Source: an uncultured Spirochaetota bacterium
GTDB taxonomy: Bacteria > Spirochaetota > Spirochaetia > SZUA-6 > CAVTHK01
Assembly (NCBI GenBank): GCA_963734495.1
Contig: CAVTHK010000006.1
Location: forward strand, 57,109-121,108
DNA length: 64,000 nt
Direction of reading: 5' to 3'
The position numbers and the translations under genes are program-made. Positions 9,001 to 20,339 of this stretch are shown here, piece after piece; positions within the stretch are counted from its first letter, which is position 1, and each line of letters starts with the position of its first letter. The notes below the pieces were generated by a model that ran no database searches, was not told where the DNA came from, and saw only the letters and a list, made by a program, of their open reading frames with translations.

Positions 9001-11140
9001 CTGCCGCGCGCACATCGCCGCGGTTGGCGGTCTTCACCTTGTGATCCGCGGTGAGGCGCAGCCGGTACCCGCCTGCGGTCTTCAGCTCGAACACCGGCTT
9101 CGTGCCCGTCTTGAAGATCCGGTCGACGGCAACCGCCTCGCCATCGCCGTTGATGACGGTGACGCTCTCGCCCGACCAGACTCTCAATCCTCTGCAGGCC
9201 GCGGTCCGTGGCGATCAGCGTATCGCCGGTGACGCACGGGTTGGTCGCCCGGATCTCTCCGTCCACGGGGCAGGTGTGCCATTCGTTGATCGTGGTGTGA
9301 AACTGGAGGCCCGGGTCGGCGCACTGCCACGCGCTCACAGCGATCTTCTCCCACAGGGCGCGCGCCTTGACCTTCTCCCTGTGGCTCGAGTCCGTGCGCC
9401 ACACGAGATCCCACTCGGAATCGTCGAGGACCGCCTGCATGAACGCGTTGGTCACGCGCACGCTGTTGTTGGAGGACTGGCCGCTCACGGTGTTGTAGGC
9501 CTCGTCGTCCCACTCCGTGCTGTACTCGGCGAGCGGCAGGTCCGTCACGCCCTGGCGCGCGAGCGAGATGATGCGGTGCACGTAGACCGGCGGCACCTCG
9601 TCGCGCAGCGCATCGGCGATCGCGGCGCGCAGCTCGGGGTCGTGGTCTCCCGCGCCGCCGTTCACGAGCTCGACGAGGCGCTTCGCGTGCCTGCGGAGGA
9701 TCCGGCTGCCGGTCACCATCGAGGCGACCTTGTGCTCCTCGGTCACCTTCCAGTCGATGTAGTCGCCGATGTCGGGGTGATCGGCGTCGAGGATCACCAT
9801 CTTCGCCGCGCGGCGCGTCGTGCCGCCGCTCTTGATCGAGCTGGCCGAGCGGTCGTTGACGCGCAGGAACGAAAGCACCCCCGAGGAAATTCCGCCCCCG
9901 GAGAGCGGCTCGCGCCTGCCCCGGAGCTTCGAGAAGTTGCTGCCCGTCCCCGACCCGTACTTGAAGATGCGGGCCTCGCGGGCGATCAGGTCCATGATCC
10001 CGCCCTCGGCGACGAGGTCGTCCTCGATGCTCTGGATGAAGCAGTTGTGGACCACGATGTTGTTGGAGAGGTAACGGGCGCTCTCCGTCTGAACATCGTA
10101 GACCGGCAGAGGACCGAGCTCTTCGATGCGAACGATGGCCTCTTCGCGGATTCCGGGGGAGCCGCCGGCAAGAGCCTCGCCGATCTCGCTGCGCCCGCCG
10201 GCGACCGCCAGGACGGCCGCTCTCATCCGCGAGGCGACGACGAGGCGCATCCCGGCCGCGAGCTCGTCCACGCGCCGCCACGAGCCTTGCTGACGCCGCT
10301 CGTCGCGCGCCCACACGAGGTGATCGCCCGTCGCGTCGATATGCGCGCCGTTCTTGAGCACGACGCGAAGCACGGGCTTGACGCCATTGGCCTTGACCGC
10401 AACCACCCTCGTCGTGCCGGCGCCGCCGTCGGTGCCGTCAAAGACCTCGAGGCCGACGAGCCCCTTCTCCACTATTTCTCCAATGGGGAAAGGGCCGCGA
10501 GGGGTCGAGATCGGCGCCCAGTACGGCTGACACGCGTGCGGCTGCGGGCGCTCGTAGGCATTCTCGGAGAGCTTGACCTCGCCGGTCGCGGGGTCGGCGT
10601 AGTAATGGCCCTGCGGCGGGCCCTCGATCCCGTAGACCGCGTGCAGGCCGGTGTTGAACCACTGCGGCGAGTTGGGCGCCGCCATCTGGCGCGCGAGCAT
10701 GTGGACGAGCTCGTCGTAGAAGGCCTGCGCATCCTCGGGCGAATCGAAGTACCCGTGGCGCTCTCCCCACAGGCGCCACGTGTACGCGAGGCGATGGAAG
10801 ACCTGCTTCGCCGAGGTCTCGCCGCCGGTCTTGCCGGACCGTCCGGCGCGCGCCGGCTTCGCCGACCCGGGCTGGCCAGCCGCCCCGGCGAGCCAGCCGT
10901 GCCGGGGGAGCCCGCCGTCTGCCATGCGTCGCGTTTGTCGAGCGGCACGCCCGCTTTCCGGAAGTATTTCTGGGCGAGGATATCGACCGCGATCTGCGAC
11001 CAGCCCGACGGAACTTCGACCCCCTCCATGCGGAACACGACGGAACCGTCGGGGTTCCGCAGCTCGGAGGTCCGCTTCTCAAAATCGATCCCAGCGTACG
11101 GGTCCTTCCCCGGCTGAGTAAAAAGGCGGGAAACGCGCAT
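6043..11140 (-). CDS. nrdJ: Class II (adenosylcobalamin-dependent) ribonucleotide reductase with two inteins; split by about 3 frameshifts (near 10860-10930, 9172 and 6700-6740)
   Basis: [46 protein letters not shown]...[27 protein letters not shown]-terminal domain ending in a CxxC...CxxC-GCS zinc ribbon; pieces lie in ORFs 10472-11140, 8937-10925, 6533-9187 and 6043-6519. Confidence 0.95.
8135..9236 (-). mobile_element. Intein with LAGLIDADG homing endonuclease (about 367 aa) in NrdJ
   Basis: [11 protein letters not shown]...TADH...LGAAVGDG...LKGLFSTDG...VFDLSEP...[10 protein letters not shown]; one extra base in the run at 9171-9173. Confidence 0.93.
10044..10532 (-). mobile_element. Mini-intein (163 aa, no endonuclease) in NrdJ
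   Basis: PQPHA|CQPY...TGDH (block B)...VYDVQT...[10 protein letters not shown]; removal restores PHA-CFI. Confidence 0.92.
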
Positions 11141-11236
11141 GCCCCCCTCCGTTGGCTCTGCTATATATGACAGGTCATGTCAGATACTCCGTCATGACCC
11201 GTAACGTCTAACCTACCATAGCGAGCGTTCCCTTGT

Positions 11237-11285
11237 CCACAAGATATTGTGTGAACAATGCGATTCGGACCACAATAGGTAGCAT
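11237..11285. promoter_or_regulatory. Tandem NrdR boxes upstream of nrdJ
   Basis: CCACAAGATATTGTGT (11237-11252) fits the consensus acaCwAtATaTwGtgt; weaker CCACAATAGGTAGCAT lies 33 bp away (11270-11285). Confidence 0.8.
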
Positions 11286-11587
11286 CTACCCTTCTCATCG
11301 GCCGATACGACCGGGTGTGTTATCCCGCAGTTTCCGCCTCAGTGGCCACAGGGCGGGATCCGGGAAGCGTGCCCGCGCCGGCGTCGGCCCGCGGTTCAAG
11401 GCGGCCCACCCGACCCCAGACCACCCCCGGGCGCCCGGGCCGGGGCGGCAGACTAAACCTTCGGACAGGCGGACGCAAGCGCCGCGAGCGGCTCGACGGC
11501 GTCAGCCGTCGATCCGGGTCGGCCTTGCGACCGCAAAACGCCAAACGCACGGAAAGCGCGCGCTGCCTCTGGTATATTGCGGCTTGT

Positions 11588-12151
11588 ATGTGGGCACGCC
11601 TGGAGCTGCAGCGCGCACCCGATCGCCTATCACTCTCGATCCCGCTGCGGGTCCGGCTGCTCCCGGGCATCATTTCCGGCTGGCTCCTCTACGCCCTGAT
11701 CGGCGCAGGCGGAAGCCCCGTCGCGGGCCCGCGCGCCGCAGCCCTGGCTCTCTTTGCCGTGTGCGCCCTCGCCGCCCTCTACGACGATCGCTGGGTATTC
11801 GACCTCGACAAAAAGAAGGTAGTCCGCCGCGTCGGCCTTCTGTTCGCGGCCCGCGAGACCGCGTTCGACATGGCCGAGCTCAGGCGCATCGTGCTGAGCG
11901 GCAGGATCGTCTCGAGCGGTCTCGGGGCCGTCAGAGGCGGCTTCGGCGGCAGCGGCCCGGCCGAAGGCGGCGCCGCGGCCCGCCGCGCGGGGGTTGCCAG
12001 CTACGCGATCCTCTCGCTCGAAGAGGAGGCGGGCACCTGCCGCCGCCTGGAACAGTACCGCGGCACCCGCGCGGGCGACCTGCGTGCCGTGGCCGCCGAG
12101 ATCGCCGCCTTCTGCCGCGTGCCGCTCGAGGACCTGACCGCGCGCGACTGA
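11588..12151 (+). CDS. Hypothetical membrane protein (2 TM segments)
   Basis: ATG at 11588 downstream of TGGTATATT; two hydrophobic segments then a soluble domain. Confidence 0.6.
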   Translation: MWARLELQRAPDRLSLSIPLRVRLLPGIISGWLLYALIGAGGSPVAGPRAAALALFAVCALAALYDDRWVFDLDKKKVVRRVGLLFAARETAFDMAELRRIVLSGRIVSSGLGAVRGGFGGSGPAEGGAAARRAGVASYAILSLEEEAGTCRRLEQYRGTRAGDLRAVAAEIAAFCRVPLEDLTARD

Positions 12152-12248
12152 CGGCGCGGGGCGACCGACTCGCGAGGCGCCGCGGCGATCGCGGGATGCG
12201 CATCCGCCGCGGGCGGGAGGATCACACCCGCGCCGCCCGGGCGGCCTT

Positions 12249-14408
12249 CTACCGGGTCTCGATGACCACCAGGTCGTAGATGTCGAGGCGATCGATCGCG
12301 ACGCTCACCATGCCGTCGGAGAATCCAAAAGGAAGCGACGCTCCCGAGGAAGCGCGGAGCACGCGCTTCGGCGACGAGCCGGAAGCAAGCCTGACCTGGA
12401 GCTTGAGGTCGTGCACCGGCACGGTCTCCGACTGCGGCCGCTTGCCCGTGAGGTTGATCAGGTGGACGATCACTCTCCCCTGCTCGGGCTGGGCCTGCAG
12501 CATGAGGTCTACGGTGACCGGCGCTTCGAGCCGCACGATGTCCCTGTAATCGAGGGCCCATCTCACCGCGTTCGCGATGAGCCGCCGGTGGTCCGGGTAG
12601 CCGAAGCGTTCGTAGAGGCGATCCACCATGGCCGGGAAGAACACGACCTTCCCCTTGCCGAATCGATGGGCGATCGCGGCAGGGATGTCGGTGTCCTTGT
12701 GGGCCACCCACGCTTCGCCTTCGGGGAAGACCCGCGCGGGAAGCTGCCCGGTCAGGAACACCTCGGCATCGGGCAGGGCCCGTGTGAGCCGCAGGAACCC
12801 GGCGTTGGGCAGGACATCGGTATCGCCGATGCCCTCCAGCACGGGATGCTCGCGGGCGGCGAGCCGCATGTAGCTCATGATGCGTCCGGCGCCTTCGACG
12901 GTCCCGGCGAGAGGCCCCAGGCGATCCCCGGCGAGGCGGCATCCGAAGACGTCGGCCAGCGCGAAGTCCTTGCGCATCGCGCCTTCCTCCGTGAAGAGAG
13001 AGGTCTCGTACGTGGCTACGAGCCCTCCCCCGCCGCGGACGAACTCCCGGAGGGCCGAGGCCGAGCCGTCGCTCATGGCTGCCGCGTTGGGCACGACGAG
13101 CGTCCCGTACTTCTCCAATCCCTTCGCGGAGGACAGGGCGCTGTCGGGAATGATGTCGAACACGATATGGCTCTCGGCGAGGGCCGAGTAGACGCCCCGG
13201 TAATGCTGCCCGTATCTCTGCCGCGTGTGGTCCCCGGCGTACATGTCGAGGGTTTCGTTGGAAAGGACCACGGCCACATTCACGTAGGAGCGGACGCCGT
13301 CATAGTACTTCTCGTTGTCCGCGAGAAAGTGGAACATGTCGCGGACGGCCTTCATCCCCCTTCGATCTTCAACCATCTGCGGAAATCCGCTGATGTGTAC
13401 AAAGGGATTGACGTTGTTGGCCGCGGCCTCGGCGATCCACATCTTCTCCATCGCCTCGGGGGCGGCGTTCATCCTCCACGGCCAGGGGAAGTAGTAGCTC
13501 GTGGTCGTGATCACCTTGCGGTCGGTGATCGTGTTGAAGTACCGGCCCTCCTCGCCCGCGAACCACATCGGCGGAAGATGGACCTCCCCGTCGATGTCGT
13601 CGAAATAGACCTTGGTCTGAGCCTCGGTTTTGACAAAGTCCTGCAACTCCGAGAGGGCCTGCATGGGCGCGAACGCCCTCTCGGAGATGTCGTAGGCCTG
13701 GTTGATCCAGGTGGCGATCCCCGGCTTCGCCTTGCGGATGGCGTCGATCATCCTGCGGTACTGCTCGATGATCCTCACCTCCCGCCACTTCATGTAGGTC
13801 TTCCAGTTCTCGCTCCCGGATTCGTCCCCGGCCGGGATCTCTCTGCCGCTGGCCTCCCGATACTCGCGCACGCAGTTATGGCAGTGGCAGATGCCCGATC
13901 CGTAAGCGCCGAATCCGAACCCCGTGAGGTTGAAGTGGTCGAAGTCGTAGCGCTCGAGGTGCTCGCGGACCACGGGAAGAATGAAGTTCTCGAGGTACCC
14001 GCCGATCGGGCAGGCGATGTAGAGCTCCACGGGGTGGGCGGTGACGATGTGCGGACCTCCGGACGCCGTCTTCATGAACCATTCCGGGTAGTGGTCGTAG
14101 ACGGGCCGCGGCACCGCCGCGACATCCACGCACGCGCCGACCTTGATGCTGCTCTCGTGGGCGAGACGAACGACGTCGCCCAGAGGGTCACCCTCACCGA
14201 GATAGGGATTGACGCGGTTCAGCGCGATCTCCGAACGGTAGATGCAGTGGTAGCCCGCGGTGAGAAGGCTCACGAAGTTGCACTTGAGGTCGACGAGCGT
14301 GGCGACGAATCGGCGGGGATCGAACCCCTGCATGTCCGGCTCGCGCACCGTGATGTGAATGTTCCGGACCGGCTTGCGGGTCCAGAGCGGCCTGTCGTCT
14401 GCGCTCAT
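12249..14408 (-). CDS. Putative glycoside hydrolase (GHL6/GH42-like TIM barrel plus GATase-like trimerisation domain)
   Basis: SD GGAGGA; GDPLGDVVRLAH, YPEWF, CHCHNC zinc motif, LREFVRGGGGLVATYETSLF, GKGKVVFFP. Confidence 0.75.
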   Translation of the reverse strand: MSADDRPLWTRKPVRNIHITVREPDMQGFDPRRFVATLVDLKCNFVSLLTAGYHCIYRSEIALNRVNPYLGEGDPLGDVVRLAHESSIKVGACVDVAAVPRPVYDHYPEWFMKTASGGPHIVTAHPVELYIACPIGGYLENFILPVVREHLERYDFDHFNLTGFGFGAYGSGICHCHNCVREYREASGREIPAGDESGSENWKTYMKWREVRIIEQYRRMIDAIRKAKPGIATWINQAYDISERAFAPMQALSELQDFVKTEAQTKVYFDDIDGEVHLPPMWFAGEEGRYFNTITDRKVITTTSYYFPWPWRMNAAPEAMEKMWIAEAAANNVNPFVHISGFPQMVEDRRGMKAVRDMFHFLADNEKYYDGVRSYVNVAVVLSNETLDMYAGDHTRQRYGQHYRGVYSALAESHIVFDIIPDSALSSAKGLEKYGTLVVPNAAAMSDGSASALREFVRGGGGLVATYETSLFTEEGAMRKDFALADVFGCRLAGDRLGPLAGTVEGAGRIMSYMRLAAREHPVLEGIGDTDVLPNAGFLRLTRALPDAEVFLTGQLPARVFPEGEAWVAHKDTDIPAAIAHRFGKGKVVFFPAMVDRLYERFGYPDHRRLIANAVRWALDYRDIVRLEAPVTVDLMLQAQPEQGRVIVHLINLTGKRPQSETVPVHDLKLQVRLASGSSPKRVLRASSGASLPFGFSDGMVSVAIDRLDIYDLVVIETR

Positions 14409-14443
14409 CTGATCCTCCTGCGTGTTGTTGCGGCAGGCCACCG

Positions 14444-14962
14444 ACCGTGACCAGGTAGATGGTCGAGCTCAGCAGCGGGAGAGTGATCCAGAAGAGAACC
14501 TCTGGACCCCGCTCGTTCCATCGATCGTGGCAGCCTCGTAGACCTGTTCCGGGACACCCTGAAGGGCCGCCAGGAAGATCACCATGTATCTCCCGGCCGC
14601 CCGGCGAGCTTCGCGTCCAGCAACGGCGCGAGCGCAAGCGTCGCCGCGACCCGCAACGGGACCGAAATTGCAACGAACACGCTCGTGTTGGCCAGGGCCT
14701 TGATCGCGAGATCGTCGGTGAGGATGCGCTTGAGGTTGCTCAGACCGGTCCACTCGAGCGGCGTGATGATGTCGTACCTGGTGAAGCTCAGAAACAACGA
14801 CGTCGCCAGGGGCCCGAGCTGGAAGACCAGGAAGCCGACGACCCAGGGCAGAACGAAGATGCAGCCCCAGAACCAGCGCCTCGCCTCCGACCTGACACGC
14901 CCGCCGGGTCGCAGCGTCCGCCTGCGGTCGGCTGCCTTGAAGTCCGCGACGTGCACGCGCAT
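14444..14962 (-). pseudogene. Remnant of a carbohydrate ABC permease (MalF-like) with internal and C-terminal deletions
   Basis: FVLPWVVGFLVFQLGP..SLFLSFTRYD..WTGLSNL joined almost directly to MVIFLAALQGVPEQVYEAATIDG (EAA motif) and WITLPLLS; middle TM block and C-terminus missing. Confidence 0.8.
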
Positions 14963-15128
14963 ACGCCTCCCGGGCCGCGAAGGTCAACGCAGCGGATCCA
15001 AGCCGCACCGGACCCGCGTCCGCACCCCGCCACGGCCAGACCCTGCGCCGCGCGGGGACCAGGGCACACTATAGACGATCGCCCCCGGAACGAAAAGGCG
15101 TCGAAAGCGGCGGAGAGGGCCCGGCGAC

Positions 15129-16133
15129 CTACACCCGGCTCCAGTCGAACAGCGTCGCCAGCCTCTCGAGGCGCATGTACAGCGTGTCCTGGTAGACCTT
15201 CTGGCAGTCTCTCGGCGACGCGAGGGCGCAGAGCCCCTCGACGTCGATGCGGCCCGACGCGATCCACTGCAGGCCCGTGCCCATGTTGCCGAACATGCTG
15301 TTTTTCCGGAACTCGGCCGGGTGCGCGGCCACTGCCTGCTCCTTGCCGCTGCGGAGGCTCGCGAACGAACGGAACAGCCGGTGCAGCAGGTCCTGCGCGA
15401 AGATCTCCGTCCGCCGCACCATGGGCACGCCTGCTACGACGACCTCGCCGCCCTTTTCCACGAGCGAGACGCCGTCCAGGATCGCCTGCTCGTGACCCGA
15501 GCAGTCGAGCACCAGCGGCACCTTCGCGATGTACGAAGGGTCGTCGAGCGGCATGGCCGGCAGGACCTTGGCGAGCCCCTTGCCTTGCGCGATCCCGCGC
15601 CTCGCCGCCACGGGCTCGACCGCGGTCACGTCGTAGCCGCTGGTGTCGAAGACCAGCGCGGCCATGAGGCCGACCGGCCCCAGCCCGGCGACCACGACCT
15701 TCCCGGGCGGCCGCGCCGTAGTGGTCGTGAGCGCGCTCATCCCGATGTTCATGAGGCGCGCAAACGGAGCACGGTCCGGAGCGAGCCCCGCTGGAAGCGG
15801 GATCACCTCTGCCCGCGGCCAGCGCTGCCACGATGCGTGCTTGCCCTGACAGAAGACGACGTCACCGGCCTTGAGGTCCTGGACCTCGGCGCCGGCCGCT
15901 TCGACGCGGAAGACCGCGGCGTAACCCGGCACGAAGGGGAGCTTCCCCCAGGAAAGGCCTTCCTTCTCGTAGTTCCCGAGATAGATGTTGAGCTCCGTGC
16001 CGGCGCTGACCTGAGTGTAGATCGTGTGACCCGCGACCTCGTTCGGGCCGAGCGGCTTCGCGTCACTCGGCTCGCTCACGAGCTCGGCCTGCTCCGCCGC
16101 CTTGAAGAGGACCTTCGATTCCCGAGCGCTCAC
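15129..16133 (-). CDS. Medium-chain dehydrogenase/reductase (alcohol/sugar dehydrogenase-like)
   Basis: VSAGTE in place of the zinc-binding CxSD, PFVPGY, Rossmann GLGPVG, VLDCSG. Confidence 0.85.
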   Translation of the reverse strand: MSARESKVLFKAAEQAELVSEPSDAKPLGPNEVAGHTIYTQVSAGTELNIYLGNYEKEGLSWGKLPFVPGYAAVFRVEAAGAEVQDLKAGDVVFCQGKHASWQRWPRAEVIPLPAGLAPDRAPFARLMNIGMSALTTTTARPPGKVVVAGLGPVGLMAALVFDTSGYDVTAVEPVAARRGIAQGKGLAKVLPAMPLDDPSYIAKVPLVLDCSGHEQAILDGVSLVEKGGEVVVAGVPMVRRTEIFAQDLLHRLFRSFASLRSGKEQAVAAHPAEFRKNSMFGNMGTGLQWIASGRIDVEGLCALASPRDCQKVYQDTLYMRLERLATLFDWSRV

Positions 16134-16191
16134 CCGCGCCTCCTCGATTCTCGGATAGGGCGACGGCCCCGCAAGGCCGCCGCACTGCGTT

Positions 16192-17025
16192 CTACTTCAG
16201 GCTCGCCAGGTAGCCCTTCATTTTTTTCACGTAGTCCGGGAAGGCGACGTGCGCATCCGGCAGGGCCGGGTGCCACGCCTTTTCCCACTCGAAGGTGAGG
16301 TAGCCCTTGTAGCCGGCATCCTTGAGGAGCTGCAATGCCTCGATGTTCGGCACGTTGCCTTCGCCCAGGAGCGTGTAGCGGTGACCGACCCGTTCGCTCG
16401 GGTCCAGTACGGAATCCTTGAAGTGCGTGTCGTGGGTCCATTTGCCCACGTTGCCGAAGGCCTCTTTCATCGTCTGGCCCAGCGTGCGGAACGGGTGGTG
16501 CACGTCCCAGAGGACGCCGACCCAAGGATGGTTCGCGCGCTCCATGACCTCGCGCACGACATAGGTGTCCGTGAAATCGTCGTGCGTTTCGAGCAGGACG
16601 AGGATCTTCTTCCTGGCGGCGTAGTCGCCCGACGCCTTGAGGCAGTCCACGACCCACCCGTAGGCGTCTTCTTTTTTCGCGTCCTTGGGGATGGCGCCGC
16701 CGAAGACCCGGATCGTCTTCGCGTTCATGGCCTCGGCGAGGTCGATGTTCGCTTTGGCGTCCGCCACGTTCTTGTCGCGCTCGGCCTTGTCCTTCTGCAC
16801 GAACTTGGCCCCGGTCAGCATCATCATGATCTCGAGGCCGGCGTCGCGGAACCGCTTGATCGTGGCCTTGCGGTTCTCAGGGAGAAACTCGGGGATCTTC
16901 GTCAGGTCCATCTGGCCTTTGAGCCCGCGGAACCCGACGCCGTCGTAGCCGTACTGCCTGGCGTACTTGAGGACATCGTCCATCGACCAGTCCGGCGCCC
17001 CGAGCGTGCTGAAGCTCAGTTTCAT
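16192..17025 (-). CDS. Sugar phosphate isomerase/epimerase (xylose isomerase-like TIM barrel)
   Basis: MKLSFSTLGAPDW, IRVFGG, LETHDDF, WDVHHP, HFKD, LTFEWEKAWHP. Confidence 0.9.
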   Translation of the reverse strand: MKLSFSTLGAPDWSMDDVLKYARQYGYDGVGFRGLKGQMDLTKIPEFLPENRKATIKRFRDAGLEIMMMLTGAKFVQKDKAERDKNVADAKANIDLAEAMNAKTIRVFGGAIPKDAKKEDAYGWVVDCLKASGDYAARKKILVLLETHDDFTDTYVVREVMERANHPWVGVLWDVHHPFRTLGQTMKEAFGNVGKWTHDTHFKDSVLDPSERVGHRYTLLGEGNVPNIEALQLLKDAGYKGYLTFEWEKAWHPALPDAHVAFPDYVKKMKGYLASLK

Positions 17026-17048
17026 CAAAGCGTTCTCCTCTCTCGTCG

Positions 17049-18079
17049 CTATTTCGCGCGGTGTCCCGCACCGCTGCCTTCCGTTTCCTTCTCGTCCCTG
17101 TAGAGCCAGCAGCGCGCCGTCTGCGCCTCGCCGACGGCGAACACCGGCGGCTCGTCCGTCCGGCACACGTCCATGGCCTGCGGGCAGCGCGGCGCGAAGG
17201 TGCAGCCCGCGGGCAGCGCGTGCATGCTCGGCACCGACCCCGTGATCGGCGTGAGCCGCGTCCTGCGCCCGATCTGGGGGATCGACGCGAGCAGCCCTTG
17301 CGTATAGGGGTGGCGCGGCCGGTAGAAGATCTGGTAGGTGCTGCCGCCCTCCACGACCTTGCCAGCATACATCACGATGACGCGATCGGCCATCTCCCCG
17401 ATGACCCCCAGGTCATGCGTGATGATCATGATGGACATGCCGAGCTCGGCCTGCAGGTCCTTCATCAGGTTGAGGATCTGCGCCTCGATCGTCACGTCGA
17501 GGGCCGTGGTCGGTTCGTCGGCGATCAGCAGGTGCGGGTCGCAGGAGAGGCCCATCGCGATCATCGCCCGCTGTCTCATCCCGCCGCTGAACTGGTGCGG
17601 GTACTCGTCGACGCGCTGCTCCGGCCGCGCGATGCGCACGCGGCGCAGCATCTCGATCGCGCGCTCGCGCGCCGCCTGCCGTTCCAGTCCCTGGTGCAGC
17701 TGGACCGCCTCGGCGATCTGCTCGCCGACCGTAAAGACGGGGTTGAGCGACGACATCGGCTCCTGAAAGATCATGGCGATCTCGTTGCCTCGGATGGCGC
17801 GCATCTCGGGGCTGTGGGGTTCGAGAGCGGCGATGTCGACCTGCGTGCCGTCCTTGCAGTCGTAGAGGAGGCGCCCCTCGACGATCCGGCCGCGCGGTCG
17901 AGCCAGGAGCTGCATGACCGACAGCGCCGTCACGCTCTTTCCGCAGCCGCTCTCCCCCACGACGCCGAGCGTGCCTCCCGGCTGCACGTCGAAGCTCACA
18001 CCGTCGACGGCCTTGACGACGCCGTCGTCGGTGTCGAACCAGGTCCGGAGGCCCTCGACTCTCAGCAGCGCCCGGTCGC

Positions 18080-18083
<4 letters not shown>
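17049..18083 (-). CDS. Opp/Dpp-family ABC ATP-binding protein (OppD-like)
   Basis: [30 protein letters not shown]-terminal Cys cluster. Confidence 0.95.
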
Positions 18084-19162
<1,079 letters not shown>

Positions 19163-19174
19163 GAGCCTTCCTCT

Positions 19175-20329
19175 CTAGTGATAGGGGTCCGCGGCGTCAC
19201 GCAGGCCGTCGCCGACGAAGTTAAAGGCGAGCACCGCGATCACGACGACCACGCCCGGGATCAGCAGCCACGGGAACAGCGCCACCGTCTGGAGGCTCTG
19301 CGCCTTTTCGAGCAGGACCCCCAGGCTCACGACCGGCGCCCGCAGCCCGATCCCCAGGAACGAGAGCGAAGTCTCGGCGAGGATCATCTGCGGGATCGCC
19401 AGGGTCAGGTTCACGATGATGTAGCTCACGAAGTTGGGCACCAGGTGCCGCGCCACGATCCGCAGCGTCGAGGCGTTGTAGCCGCGCGCGGCGTTCACGA
19501 AATCCTCCTCGCGGAGGCTGATGAACTTGCTGCGCACGACGCGCGCGAGCCCCGTCCAGCCCATCAGCGAGAGGATGATGGTGATCGCGAAGTAGACCTG
19601 GATGGCGCTCCAGCTCTTGGGCACGGCGGCCGCGAGCGCCATCCACAGCGGAAGCTTGGGGATCGCGAGCAGCGTCTCGATCACTCGCTGGATCACGTCG
19701 TCGACCGCCCCGCCGATGAGGCCGGAGATGCCCCCGAACAGCAGGCCGAGGACGAGGCTGATGAACACGCCGATGAACCCGATCGTGAGCGAGACCTGCG
19801 AGGCGAGGAGAATGCGGCTGAGCAGGTCGCGCCCGAGGTGGTCGGTGCCGAGCAGGCTCACCTGCCCCCCTCTCTCGACGCCGAAGAGGTGGACGTCGCT
19901 CGGGATCAGGCCGAGCAGCCGGTAGGCGTCGCCGCGGCAGAAGAGCCGGATCGGATACCTGCGGCTCGTGTCGGGAAAGTACCTCATCTGCCAGGTCTGC
20001 GGGTCCATCTTCTTGACCCACTTGTACACGAACGGCTGCAGGTGGAAGCGCCCCTGCACGTCGCGCAACCGCAGAGGCTGCGGCGGCAGATACGTCTCCT
20101 TGAACGCCGTGGTGGCCGCGTAGGGTGCGAAGAAATCCGGGAAGGCCACCCCCACTCCGTACAACACGATCAGCGCCCAGAAACCGGCCACGGCCAGCTT
20201 GTGGCGCAGGAAGTGCCGGAGGATGAGCCTCCACTGCGTCTGCGCGACGGCGCGCTCGCCGCCCGGGCCGCTCCCCGGCGCCCCGCTGCCAGGCCTTTCC
20301 GGGCGTTCGACTTCGACTACGGTCGACAT
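19175..20329 (-). CDS. Opp/Dpp-family ABC permease (OppC-like)
   Basis: LGTDHLGRDLLSR, ETSLSFLGIG, FNFVGDGLRDAADP. Confidence 0.93.
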   Translation of the reverse strand: MSTVVEVERPERPGSGAPGSGPGGERAVAQTQWRLILRHFLRHKLAVAGFWALIVLYGVGVAFPDFFAPYAATTAFKETYLPPQPLRLRDVQGRFHLQPFVYKWVKKMDPQTWQMRYFPDTSRRYPIRLFCRGDAYRLLGLIPSDVHLFGVERGGQVSLLGTDHLGRDLLSRILLASQVSLTIGFIGVFISLVLGLLFGGISGLIGGAVDDVIQRVIETLLAIPKLPLWMALAAAVPKSWSAIQVYFAITIILSLMGWTGLARVVRSKFISLREEDFVNAARGYNASTLRIVARHLVPNFVSYIIVNLTLAIPQMILAETSLSFLGIGLRAPVVSLGVLLEKAQSLQTVALFPWLLIPGVVVVIAVLAFNFVGDGLRDAADPYH

Positions 20330-20339
20330 GCGGGCCTCT

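Noticed and set aside
6043-11140. Naturally split nrdJ or split intein
   Set aside because: Breaks are single-base shifts without new SD/start signals, like many others in the window; most likely sequencing errors.
11290-11570. Cobalamin riboswitch upstream of nrdJ
   Set aside because: No B12-box or conserved core recognisable on the nrdJ strand; an Rfam scan would be needed.
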